This document shows, piece by piece, positions 45,570 through 54,785 of a stretch of DNA of 64,000 nucleotides. This stretch comes from Candidatus Hydrogenedentota bacterium (lineage in GTDB: Bacteria > Hydrogenedentota > Hydrogenedentia > Hydrogenedentales > SLHB01). Location: assembly GCA_963745075.1 (NCBI GenBank), contig CAVUWV010000012.1:160001-224000 (forward strand), in the 5' to 3' direction. A program made the position numbers and the translations under genes. Each line of letters opens with the position of its first letter. The stretch's first letter is position 1. The notes beneath the pieces were generated by a model. The model ran no database searches, had not been told where the DNA came from, and saw nothing but the letters and a program-made list of their open reading frames with translations.

Positions 45570-48500
45570 TTGTCTCAAAGGAAGATCCCGACCGTGTTGA
45601 TACCCGTATTGCGACGAACCGTTCCCATTATGCTGGCCGTCTGCTTCGCCGTCGGCGTCCATGCCCTCGACTTCCCCTGGAAGTTCTCGCGCGATGCGTC
45701 CAACGGCCGACTGGATCCTCAGGCGGTACCCTTCACACGATTCTCGCTGAGCGATAGCCCCGAGCAGATTTCCTGGGGCAGTCCTCTCGCCGGCGGTCCG
45801 ATCCGGGCCCTGTTCATCGCCCCGCGTTTCGCGCTTGCGGACGTGAGAGCGATTGCCGACCAACTCGAGATGGAGCCCCAAATCCTCGCGTACTGGGATG
45901 CCGAACACTTGGGCCGGCCCGAGGATGCGCGGCCCCCGCTGCCGGGGACCGGCACCGAACAACTCGTCGCGCGCCTCAATACGCTCCTCGATCGCACGTG
46001 GGATGTGATTGTCATCGCCAACGTCGATGTCACCCAAATCCCTTCGGAAACGTTCGCCGCGATTACCAAGCGGGTTCACGACGGCACGGGACTCGTTTTG
46101 GCGCATCATCGCAAAATAACGTCGCCCGATTACCAGGCGTTTCTGGATGCGCTGGAGCCGGCGCCAGGGGCGGATCGCATCACGCAGGGCGTGGGCTATC
46201 AACTTGCCCCAGAATGGACCAACGGCCTGGGGTTCGTGCAATCCGCGCAATTCGGAACCGGTCGGGTCGTGGAACTCGACTTTCCGGGGCCAAGGCCTCT
46301 TACCCACTGCCTTATCCCGGCAATTACGCGCGGGCTGGACGCCGAATGGGAGCACTTCGACACCTACTTGTCTCTCGCGGCACGGGCCATACGGTGGGCC
46401 GCATCCCGAGTCCCGGAAACGACGATCGCCAGCGTCGAACCGGAACCGCTTCCGACGCCCAGTGCGATGGAAACGCCGGTGGGCTTGGACACGGACGTCG
46501 AAGGCGACGCCCTCGACCTCATTCGCAGACAGTTGGTCCGGCCGTTCATCGTCCGGTTCGCGGAGCCGCTCTCCAAGCGGTATACGATTCGCACCCGCGT
46601 TCGCAGGCCCGGTCGCGGCACACCCGTCATCACGATGTTCCCCGACATAGGCGGCACGGATGCCCGCGTCTATCTGGTCGCCGGCACCGGCGTGTATTAT
46701 CTGGATGTATGGCTGCTGGACGGAGACGACGTGGTGGATTGGTATACGGAGGCCGTCGTCGTCGATGCGTGGCCGGTCATCAACAATCTCACCCTGAATC
46801 GCACGACGCTGCTTTCACAGGATACCCTCGGCCTGTCGTTCACGATGCCGCCGCGGCCCCGTCCCGCCACCGTGTTAACCCGCGCGACGGACCCGCTCGG
46901 CCGCGTCGTTGCGGAGTCCCTCGTTCGGGTGCCCCCGGATACGGGACTCGTTCACGCCGGGTTGGACCTGGACGACCTGATCGCAGGTCCCGTCAAGGTC
47001 GAGGTTTTCGCTCTCGATCGAGATGCCGAGTCGTTTTCCGAATGGGATACGACCCACGCCACTTACGCGTATCGGTACCTCCCCGTGCGCGGCTTGCGTC
47101 CCGATACCGCCTTCCGTTTGATTGCGCATATCGACGGCTCCGCCGAATACAACGCGAGGCGCTCCTATCGCGTGCTCGCGAATAGCGGTATCGATCGGGC
47201 CTACACACAAGGTTCTGAAACCGCCGTCGCCTTTCTCGCCGAAGCGAATTTGAATCCAGTTGCGCGCGTTGCGCAATACACGCCGGAGCGTATTGTCAAC
47301 GGTGCGGTGCGTGAACCCTGCTTTACCGATTCCGCCTGGATCGAAACGGAAACGGACCGCCTTGATTCACTTGCGGACGTGGTTCGCCTTGCGGGTGCGA
47401 CGCGCCTGTCCCTGGGCGACGGCAATTGTCTGGCGGCAGGCGACGAACCGGTTTGCCAGTCGGCGTCTGCCGTCGATGCCTACGGAAGCTATTTGCGCAC
47501 CTTCTACGGATCGCGGGCTGCCGCCGAGAACGCGACCGACCACGCGGATCAAACTGGTGATACGAAGGCCTACGACCAGTGGCTCGATTTTCGATCGTTC
47601 ATGGATTCGGTGTTCGTTGGGCGCCACGCGGACGTGCGCTCCCAATTGAAAAAGCTAGACAACCGCCTGAGCGTGGGTTTCACCACCCGCCCGAATCCCG
47701 GTCCTTACACGGGCTACGACTGGCGGGAGCTGGCGGACGCGTTGGACTGGATCGCCGTTCCCTTCGACCCGGTGGTCGTCGAAAAGGTCCGCAGTTATCG
47801 TCAAATTGAGATGAACCTGGGATTGGAAATCTCGTCCCCCCTGAATGCGCTTGACGAGGGCCGTGCGCGGTGGTTCCCGTGGTACGCGGCGCTGCACGGC
47901 ATCTCGGAACTGTGGCTCCCCCCCGTCCTGGCGACCAGCGAAAACGTCGTTCCCGCGCCGCTCATCGCTCCGGACGGGAGCCCAATCTCCCAGGCGCCGG
48001 ACCTGTTTCGTGAGGCTCAAGTGCTGTCCTCGGGCGTCAACGGGCTGCTGCAAACAGCGCACCGGGAGTCCTCCGGCATTGCCATATACGACAGCCGCGC
48101 CAGCTACTACCTTGACTACGCCGAGAACTCGTACGGTTGTGATACCTCGGCCGCCCAGCGCCGGTTCCTGTCGCTGCTGCGTCGCCTGGGTTTTCAGTGT
48201 GATTTCGTCTCGTCGCGGGACGCCGTTCGCGGAGGCCTGCATGGATACAACGTGCTGATCCTGCCCATGGTGCGTGCCATGGCGGACGACGAGGTCGCCG
48301 CGATCCGCGCATTCCGGAATTCCGGCGGTTGCCTTATCGCCGATATCGCGCCAGGAGCATACGACGCCCATGGCGTTCCCCGTTCCTCGCTGCCACTCGA
48401 CGACCTCTTCGGGGTTCGCCACGTTAAACCGCCGCGAGCCGGCGCCGCCGCGCAAGCCCTCGTGCAAATCGACGTCGGGGGCACGCGCGCCTCGGGCACC

Positions 48501-49262
48501 TTCGAGGGCCTGATTCCCGATGCGGGCGTCGAGGCCACTTCTGCCGCCGTCGGTGGAATCGCCGGAACCGCACCGGTTTGGCTCATAAACCAGTCGAATG
48601 GCCTTACGGCGTTCATCAACCATGCCCTCCCCGAGGCGGGCGAATCCGCCCTCGTGTATGCCACCCTGTTGAACGCGATTGTGACGGCCGGCGGCGCATC
48701 GCGACCGCTCGTTGTAGATGCCCATGGGGACCGTCGCTTTCGCGGCGATGTCTTTGGGTACACGCTTGATGCCAACCGCGTCGTCGCCGTTCTGGCAGAT
48801 TCGGACGCCCCCGAGCAGAGCCTCGACATTGCCTTTCCCGATGCGGATTCGTACTACGACCTGTTGAACGCGATCCGTGTGCACCGACCGAAGAAGTCGC
48901 CGGTCAAACTCGCGGGCGGCGCCGTTGCCCTGTATTCGATGCTCCCCTACGACGTTAGCGGTGTGACGCTGGAAACTCTGCCCAGTGCGGCAACCGGTAC
49001 CCGGATTCCCTTCTCGATTCGTATCGAAACCCGCAACGGCGATCCGTCGACGCACGTTGTCCACGTGCAATTGTATTCACTCGTGACAGATGCCGTCGGA
49101 CCAATTCCCTACTATGCCCAGGATCTCGTATGCAAGGATGGCACGGGGGAAGGATACTTCCGGCTTGCCCTGAATGAACGTCCCGGCGTATATAAGCTTC
49201 TTGCACGCGACGTACTCACAGGGACGGCGGCAGAAGCGGTCGTCAAGGTTCACGAACCGTAA
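45570..49262 (+). CDS. Large exported protein with GH42-like barrel and beta-galactosidase trimerization-like domain
   Basis: Signal peptide, PCF, WLDFRSFM, IAIYDS...LILP and LDDLFGV motifs; start may be 45630. Confidence 0.6.
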   Translation: MSQRKIPTVLIPVLRRTVPIMLAVCFAVGVHALDFPWKFSRDASNGRLDPQAVPFTRFSLSDSPEQISWGSPLAGGPIRALFIAPRFALADVRAIADQLEMEPQILAYWDAEHLGRPEDARPPLPGTGTEQLVARLNTLLDRTWDVIVIANVDVTQIPSETFAAITKRVHDGTGLVLAHHRKITSPDYQAFLDALEPAPGADRITQGVGYQLAPEWTNGLGFVQSAQFGTGRVVELDFPGPRPLTHCLIPAITRGLDAEWEHFDTYLSLAARAIRWAASRVPETTIASVEPEPLPTPSAMETPVGLDTDVEGDALDLIRRQLVRPFIVRFAEPLSKRYTIRTRVRRPGRGTPVITMFPDIGGTDARVYLVAGTGVYYLDVWLLDGDDVVDWYTEAVVVDAWPVINNLTLNRTTLLSQDTLGLSFTMPPRPRPATVLTRATDPLGRVVAESLVRVPPDTGLVHAGLDLDDLIAGPVKVEVFALDRDAESFSEWDTTHATYAYRYLPVRGLRPDTAFRLIAHIDGSAEYNARRSYRVLANSGIDRAYTQGSETAVAFLAEANLNPVARVAQYTPERIVNGAVREPCFTDSAWIETETDRLDSLADVVRLAGATRLSLGDGNCLAAGDEPVCQSASAVDAYGSYLRTFYGSRAAAENATDHADQTGDTKAYDQWLDFRSFMDSVFVGRHADVRSQLKKLDNRLSVGFTTRPNPGPYTGYDWRELADALDWIAVPFDPVVVEKVRSYRQIEMNLGLEISSPLNALDEGRARWFPWYAALHGISELWLPPVLATSENVVPAPLIAPDGSPISQAPDLFREAQVLSSGVNGLLQTAHRESSGIAIYDSRASYYLDYAENSYGCDTSAAQRRFLSLLRRLGFQCDFVSSRDAVRGGLHGYNVLILPMVRAMADDEVAAIRAFRNSGGCLIADIAPGAYDAHGVPRSSLPLDDLFGVRHVKPPRAGAAAQALVQIDVGGTRASGTFEGLIPDAGVEATSAAVGGIAGTAPVWLINQSNGLTAFINHALPEAGESALVYATLLNAIVTAGGASRPLVVDAHGDRRFRGDVFGYTLDANRVVAVLADSDAPEQSLDIAFPDADSYYDLLNAIRVHRPKKSPVKLAGGAVALYSMLPYDVSGVTLETLPSAATGTRIPFSIRIETRNGDPSTHVVHVQLYSLVTDAVGPIPYYAQDLVCKDGTGEGYFRLALNERPGVYKLLARDVLTGTAAEAVVKVHEP

Positions 49263-49291
49263 ATTACCCCGGGTTGTTGCCGGAGACATTG

Positions 49292-50008
49292 ATGCTTGCG
49301 GGAATTCACCAATTGCACTATCTGCCATGGTTGCGGTACTTCGAAAAGATCGCCCGCAGCGACGTCTTCATAGTGCTCGACAACATCCAGTACAACAAAA
49401 ATGGTTGGCAGAACCGTAACAAAGTGAAAACCGCCTCCGGCCCTACGCTGCTTACCGTGCCCGTCCACGCGGCTCTTGGAGCGACGCTCGATGAGGTGCG
49501 AATCGATACCACCGCCAAGTGGTCGCGCAAACACTGGGCGACGATTGAACAAAACTATGCATCCGCCCCACATTTCGCGGAACACGCGCCCTTTTTCGAA
49601 TCGGCATACGCCCGTACGTGGGGTCACCTGAACGATCTCAACCGGGAGATACTGGATTACTTCGTATCGGCTCTCGGCATCGATACTCGTATCGTGTACG
49701 CGTCAGACCTGAACGTGCCGGGCGTCGCAACCGAACGGCTGGTCAACCTGCTTCGGGCCGTCGGAGCGGACCGGTATTACAGCGGCGCCTTCGCGCTCGA
49801 ACAATACCTGGACGCCGAACTGTTGCGCGCCGCCGGCGTGTCGTTGGCCATCCAGGAGTGGACGGCGCCCACCTATCCGCAACTTCACGGTGATTTCATT
49901 CCCGATCTGGCTGTTCCCGATCTCTTGTTCAATTGCGGTCCGGATTCGCTCAACGTTCTGTTGAGCGGGGGCGCCGTAAAGCACGTGGAGACGCCGGTCC
50001 ATGACTGA
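49292..50008 (+). CDS. WbqC family protein
   Basis: IHQLHYLPWLRYF, WQNRN, YPQLHGDF and DLLFNCG motifs. Confidence 0.9.
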   Translation: MLAGIHQLHYLPWLRYFEKIARSDVFIVLDNIQYNKNGWQNRNKVKTASGPTLLTVPVHAALGATLDEVRIDTTAKWSRKHWATIEQNYASAPHFAEHAPFFESAYARTWGHLNDLNREILDYFVSALGIDTRIVYASDLNVPGVATERLVNLLRAVGADRYYSGAFALEQYLDAELLRAAGVSLAIQEWTAPTYPQLHGDFIPDLAVPDLLFNCGPDSLNVLLSGGAVKHVETPVHD

Positions 50009-51000
50009 TTCGCCGCGCCGCACCATACCCCATTCCGCGACCGCGCTGGGGCTGGAGGAATCGAAGCTGCAACACGCGTGCTCCGGTCCGGTCACCTGTC
50101 CCAGGGCGAGGAGGGGAAGGCCTTCGAGGAGGAATGCGCGGCTTTCGTAGGCCGACGGTACGCCGTTGCGGTGAACAGCGGAACGAGCGCTCTCCACCTG
50201 GCCCTCGGGGCATTGGGCGTGGCCCCAAACGAACCGGTCGCCGTGCCGTCATATGGCTGCGCCGCGCTGATTACCGCGGTACGGCTTCAACATGCCCGGC
50301 CCATCCTCGGCGACATAGACGATTCGTTCAACCTTGACCCGGAACAGGTCTCCGCTTCGTGTCGCATCGCGATCCTCGCTCATTTGTTCGGTGCGCGCGG
50401 CCATGCGCCGAAAGGCCGGTTCATCGAGGATATTGCCCAGTCCTTGGGCGGACCGACGGGGCGGCACGGCATTGTCGCTATCGCGTCCTTCTACGCCACA
50501 AAGCTCATGACGACGGGCGAAGGCGGCATGGTCTTGACAGACGACGCTGAAATCGCCGCCTACGTCCGCGACCGGCGCGACTACGACAATCGCGACGACT
50601 TCGAGGTCCGGTTTAACTACAAATTGACCGATTTGCAGGCTGCCGTGGGCCGCGCGCAACTCGCGAAGCTGCCCTCATTCATCGCACGCCGGCAAGCAAT
50701 CGCCGCACGGTACTGCGAAGCATTCAAGGATTTGCCCGTTCGTCTGCCGAAGCCCAAGGACCACGTCTTTTTCCGATACGCGATCGCAACCGCCGACCGG
50801 GATCGCCTCGAAGCGTACCTCCAGGATTGCGGCGTCGAAGCGAAGCGTCCCGTCTACCGTCCCGCCCACCATTATCTAGGGGGGGAGTTCCCCAATCCGA
50901 ACGCGCGCACCGCGAGTGTCTATCGCTGCCGATCTATCCCGCGCTGATCGATGCCGACGCGCAACATGTGATAGACTCCGTCCAGCGATTCTTTGATTAA
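50001..51000 (+). pseudogene. DegT/DnrJ/EryC1/StrS sugar aminotransferase, frameshifted near 50060 and 50896 (likely assembly indels)
   Basis: NSGTSALH and SFYATKLMTTGEGG in the middle frame; IPHS N-terminus and LSLPIYPAL C-terminus lie in the other two frames. Confidence 0.8.
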
Positions 51001-51034
51001 AACTTCCACCGAAAGCCTATACTCGTTTGGCCTG

Positions 51035-51102
51035 TTGTGGTGCGGCCATCCGGGCGGCCCCTGACCTCACGAACAGTGCAGGCAAGGATGCCCGCACCAC
51101 AA
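51035..51102. repeat. GTGG-type REP pair in inverted orientation
   Basis: TTGTGGTGCGGCCATCCGGGCGGC and, on the minus strand, TTGTGGTGCGGGCATCCTTGCCTGC. Confidence 0.65.
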
Positions 51103-51184
51103 TTCGGCCACGTGGGCTTCTGGTGGAAGTTTCCGGCGCAGTTCGCGGCACCGGCGGAACTTGGGGAGTAGGGCGACTCGGGGT

Positions 51185-52324
51185 ATGCTGCAAGGACTTC
51201 CATACTGGCCGCGTACGTATATCATGGTCGGCTGCGCAGCCTTCGTAATCTCCGCCCTCGGCATGCCCATCGCCATTTACCTGTTGCGCAAGGCTCGGGT
51301 GTTGGACCACGTCGCGGAAAACAAAATCCACGACCGCCCCATCCCGCGCGGCGGAGGAATCGTCATCTTCCTGGCCTTCGCCATTGCCGTGCTGCTTCCA
51401 AACTACCGCGACAATCCCATGAAAGGCGTATTGCTCGGTTCCGGCATATGCCTCTTCGTCGGCGCTATCGACGACATCCGCGGAGGAATCTCCGCGTCTC
51501 TGAAATTCTTCACCCTTCTCGGGGTGACCATTATCATGTCGCACTATGGCGTTCTGCTGAACGTATTCAAGATCTATCCACTCGATTTGGCGTTGACCCT
51601 CATCTGGATCGTCGGCGTGACCAGCGCGTTCAACGGGATCGACAACATGGACGGGCTCGCCGCCGGGATTGCGACCATCGTTTCCAGCATGTACCTTATC
51701 ATCGCCGTTCAGGCATTTCTCGCCGCCGGCACCGAAACCTCGTTGTCCTGGTTCGGCCTGCTCGCCGCCGGGCTCATCGGCGCCAATCTCGGCTTCCTCG
51801 TCTACAACTTCAAGCCCGCCCGTATCTTCATGGGAGATTCCGGCAGCTTCTTTCTCGGCTTTACCCTCGCCGCACTTGGCGTGATGGGCGAGTGGAGCCG
51901 GATACCCGTCATTTCGATCAGCATTCCCGTACTGATTCTGGGCGTCCCCATCTTCGATTTTGCATACATCATCATCGCCCGAATCCTACGGGGTGAAACC
52001 CGGACCCTGCGCGACGTGATCGAGCATTGCGCGCCCGACCACCTGTCGCACCGCCTCGTGTGGATCGGGTTTTCGCAGCGAAAAGCGGTGACGTTTATCT
52101 ACCTCATCGCCGTGTCCATGGGCGTAAGCGGGATTCTGCTGCGAAATACCGCGAGCCTGTTCGAGAACGCCTTGGCCCTGTTTCAGGGCACGGCTATCGT
52201 GCTCATCGTAGTGGTGTTAATGGCCACCGCCGCCCGGCGTCATCGGGCCTTAATCGCAGAGGAAATCGCCAAATTAAACGGCGACGCAGGGCCGACGGAC
52301 AAATCAGAGCAATCAAACGGATGA
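51185..52324 (+). CDS. Undecaprenyl-phosphate HexNAc-1-phosphate transferase (MraY/WecA family)
   Basis: PRGGG, GAIDD, NGIDNMDGLA, FMGDSGS and DHLSHRL motifs; multi-TM. Confidence 0.9.
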   Translation: MLQGLPYWPRTYIMVGCAAFVISALGMPIAIYLLRKARVLDHVAENKIHDRPIPRGGGIVIFLAFAIAVLLPNYRDNPMKGVLLGSGICLFVGAIDDIRGGISASLKFFTLLGVTIIMSHYGVLLNVFKIYPLDLALTLIWIVGVTSAFNGIDNMDGLAAGIATIVSSMYLIIAVQAFLAAGTETSLSWFGLLAAGLIGANLGFLVYNFKPARIFMGDSGSFFLGFTLAALGVMGEWSRIPVISISIPVLILGVPIFDFAYIIIARILRGETRTLRDVIEHCAPDHLSHRLVWIGFSQRKAVTFIYLIAVSMGVSGILLRNTASLFENALALFQGTAIVLIVVVLMATAARRHRALIAEEIAKLNGDAGPTDKSEQSNG

Positions 52325-52343
52325 AGGTACTGGGAGGGTCGAG

Positions 52344-53657
52344 ATGCGTGCAGTTCTGGCAGTAGCCGTATGTGTGGTGTTGACATCAACTGGATGCATC
52401 ACGGTCGAAATCCCCGCGTCATTCGACGTGACCCTCAGCGAACGCGACGACGCCTGCAATGTCATGAGCTTCGGCGCGGCGCCGGATGGCATGACCGACA
52501 ACACGGAAGCCTTTCAGAAGGCCCTCGATGCCACCGGCGCCAACGGTGGTGGCATCGTCAACGTCCCGACCGGCCGATACATTTTTGATGGTTCCTTGAC
52601 CTTCCCCAAGGAAGTCACGCTGCGCGGATCGTTCGCTTACGCTCCCGCGCACGCGGGGATTCGAGACAATAGCGATGAGAAGCCCGTCTACGGAACCGTA
52701 CTGATGCCCCGGGCCAACGCCGGAGCCGAGGACGGCGCTCCATTTATCACCTTACAGACCAATTCAGTAATCAAAGGCGTCAGCATCCACTATCCCGATC
52801 AGGACCCCAAGTCGGACGAGCCGACGCCGTATCCCTACACCATCGCGATGCGTGGCAACAACCCCGCCGTCCTCGACGTGGAACTCTTGAATCCCTACAA
52901 CGGCATCGACGCCAGTCAAAACCAGCGCGCCCTCATTCGGAACGTCCACGGCCAGCCCATCCATATCGGGGTTTACGTGAACGACGTCTATGACATCGGG
53001 CGCATCGAGAACGTTCACTGGAACCCCTGGTGGTCTATCGGAACCCCCGTCTACGAATGGCAGATGAACCATGGGGTCGGCTTTCTCTTCGGGCGCACGG
53101 ACTGGCACTACGTGTTAAACACCTTCTGTTTCGGCTACAACGTCGGCTACCAGTTCATCGAAACCGACAAAGGCGTCACCAACGGCAACTTCCTGGGGAT
53201 CGGCGCCGACAACTGCTACACCGCGCTCGAAGTCCAAAACAGCGCCCCCTTTGGCATTCTCATCACGAATGGGGAGTTCGTCTCCTTCAAAGGCCCGGAC
53301 CCGACCATGGTTCGCGTTACGGACACCAACGAAGGCTCGGTCCGGTTCAACAATTGCGCGTTCTGGGGCCCCTGCAACCGGAACGCGGTCGTTGACGGCT
53401 CCGGCGTCGTCGGGTTCAGCGATTGCACCTTCGTCCAGTGGGGTCATGGGAAAGAAGAGACCCACGCCCTCAAGATCGTTGGCGGTTCGGTCCTGATTCG
53501 CGGCTGCGAGTTCCGGGAGGACAAAAAACAAGTGTACCTTGGACCAAAGGTGTCCCGTGCGGTCGTTACCGACAACCTCTTCTCAGGAGAGGCGCGGATT
53601 ACGAACGAGTCCAAAGGGGACGTCGTGATTGCCAACAACGTCACGACAAAGAAATAG
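52344..53657 (+). CDS. Pectate lyase superfamily / GH28-related beta-helix lipoprotein
   Basis: Lipobox STGC; NVMSFGA..DG.TDNTEAFQKA...VP.GRY motif. Confidence 0.75.
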   Translation: MRAVLAVAVCVVLTSTGCITVEIPASFDVTLSERDDACNVMSFGAAPDGMTDNTEAFQKALDATGANGGGIVNVPTGRYIFDGSLTFPKEVTLRGSFAYAPAHAGIRDNSDEKPVYGTVLMPRANAGAEDGAPFITLQTNSVIKGVSIHYPDQDPKSDEPTPYPYTIAMRGNNPAVLDVELLNPYNGIDASQNQRALIRNVHGQPIHIGVYVNDVYDIGRIENVHWNPWWSIGTPVYEWQMNHGVGFLFGRTDWHYVLNTFCFGYNVGYQFIETDKGVTNGNFLGIGADNCYTALEVQNSAPFGILITNGEFVSFKGPDPTMVRVTDTNEGSVRFNNCAFWGPCNRNAVVDGSGVVGFSDCTFVQWGHGKEETHALKIVGGSVLIRGCEFREDKKQVYLGPKVSRAVVTDNLFSGEARITNESKGDVVIANNVTTKK

Positions 53658-53714
53658 GACCATTCCCGCCCGCGGCGGAGAATGGCCCTCATATTGAAGA
53701 ATCAACCGTATCTC

Positions 53715-54635
53715 TTACTGCGACTTGTATATGAGCGGGCCACCTGCTGCTGAGCCGTCCGGCAACAAACGCAACGAGGGATCGGAGTAGGCGGTCTCTG
53801 CTCCTTCTCCCTGCCGCGAACGTGCCAGGAAATCAAAGTCCAGTCGTCCGTTTTCGTTGATGTCCCGCGTGGCGAGGTATGCCGCGCGCAACGCCAGTAT
53901 GTTGTAGTAGGTTGTGTCATCCGTCGCGATCGACCCGATGAATGCGGCTTCATTCGGAGGGCTTGCCACGCCGTGCGTGTTTTCTTCCGGGCCGACGCCA
54001 ATCAAAACGAAGCCATCGTAGCGTGGCGGCGGATACCCCAACGTGGAGTCAAAGTTGGCATTCCAGAGATTAAGATTCTCACCCGGATTGCCGCCTGCCG
54101 CAATTGTCCGCTTCAATTTTTCCAATTGCTTGGAATAATACGGTGCATAGATGTACGGCCGCGGTTCTCTGCTCATGCGGCCGATCACACCCAGGCCTCC
54201 CGTGTAAACCGTTGAGTTTTGAGCCTCAAACGTATCCGCGCCTCCGTTGTACGGGACGTATTCCAGCAAGTCGATTACATCGTTCCGGTTCGCGTCGTAG
54301 GTGGTGGAGAAGCGATCGTAGTAGTCGAGAGCGCCGAACAAGTCGATGTACGCCATATACGTCTCAAGGTGTTGAGGGGGGGGAGGAGGATTCGGCAGGG
54401 CTCCAGGATTTACCCAAGTTTTGAACCCGTATCCCGGCGGGTAACTTTGGTTCTCCGTGAAATATTGGGTCAGTGCTGTGGAAATGGCCCGAAAATCACC
54501 TTGAACGTCCGCGATCTTTGCCCGCTCCAAGGCGCGGGGAAGCGCCACCGCGACCATCCCCGCCAGGATGGCAATAATCGCAATAACGGTAAGGAGTTCG
54601 ATAAGTGTAAACCCCCGCGCGTATGCCGTATTCAT
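53715..54635 (-). CDS. Prepilin-type N-terminal cleavage/methylation domain protein
   Basis: G/FTLIELLTVIAIIAILAGM class III signal. Confidence 0.88.
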   Translation of the reverse strand: MNTAYARGFTLIELLTVIAIIAILAGMVAVALPRALERAKIADVQGDFRAISTALTQYFTENQSYPPGYGFKTWVNPGALPNPPPPPQHLETYMAYIDLFGALDYYDRFSTTYDANRNDVIDLLEYVPYNGGADTFEAQNSTVYTGGLGVIGRMSREPRPYIYAPYYSKQLEKLKRTIAAGGNPGENLNLWNANFDSTLGYPPPRYDGFVLIGVGPEENTHGVASPPNEAAFIGSIATDDTTYYNILALRAAYLATRDINENGRLDFDFLARSRQGEGAETAYSDPSLRLLPDGSAAGGPLIYKSQ

Positions 54636-54676
54636 GAGACAGATCTCCCCAGTTGAGAACACGAGCCTTCATTCGG

Positions 54677-54705
54677 ATGATACCATGGGCTTACCGACCC
54701 GTCAA
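54677..54705 (-). promoter_or_regulatory. sigma70-type promoter for the prepilin gene
   Basis: Minus strand TTGACG-17 bp-TATCAT. Confidence 0.55.
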
Positions 54706-54785
54706 ATGAAGCTGTTGAAATTTGGCGATTTAGCGCGTAGCATAAGGCGTTCTCATTCCTAAGTATACTGCGAATTTTGACGCCC

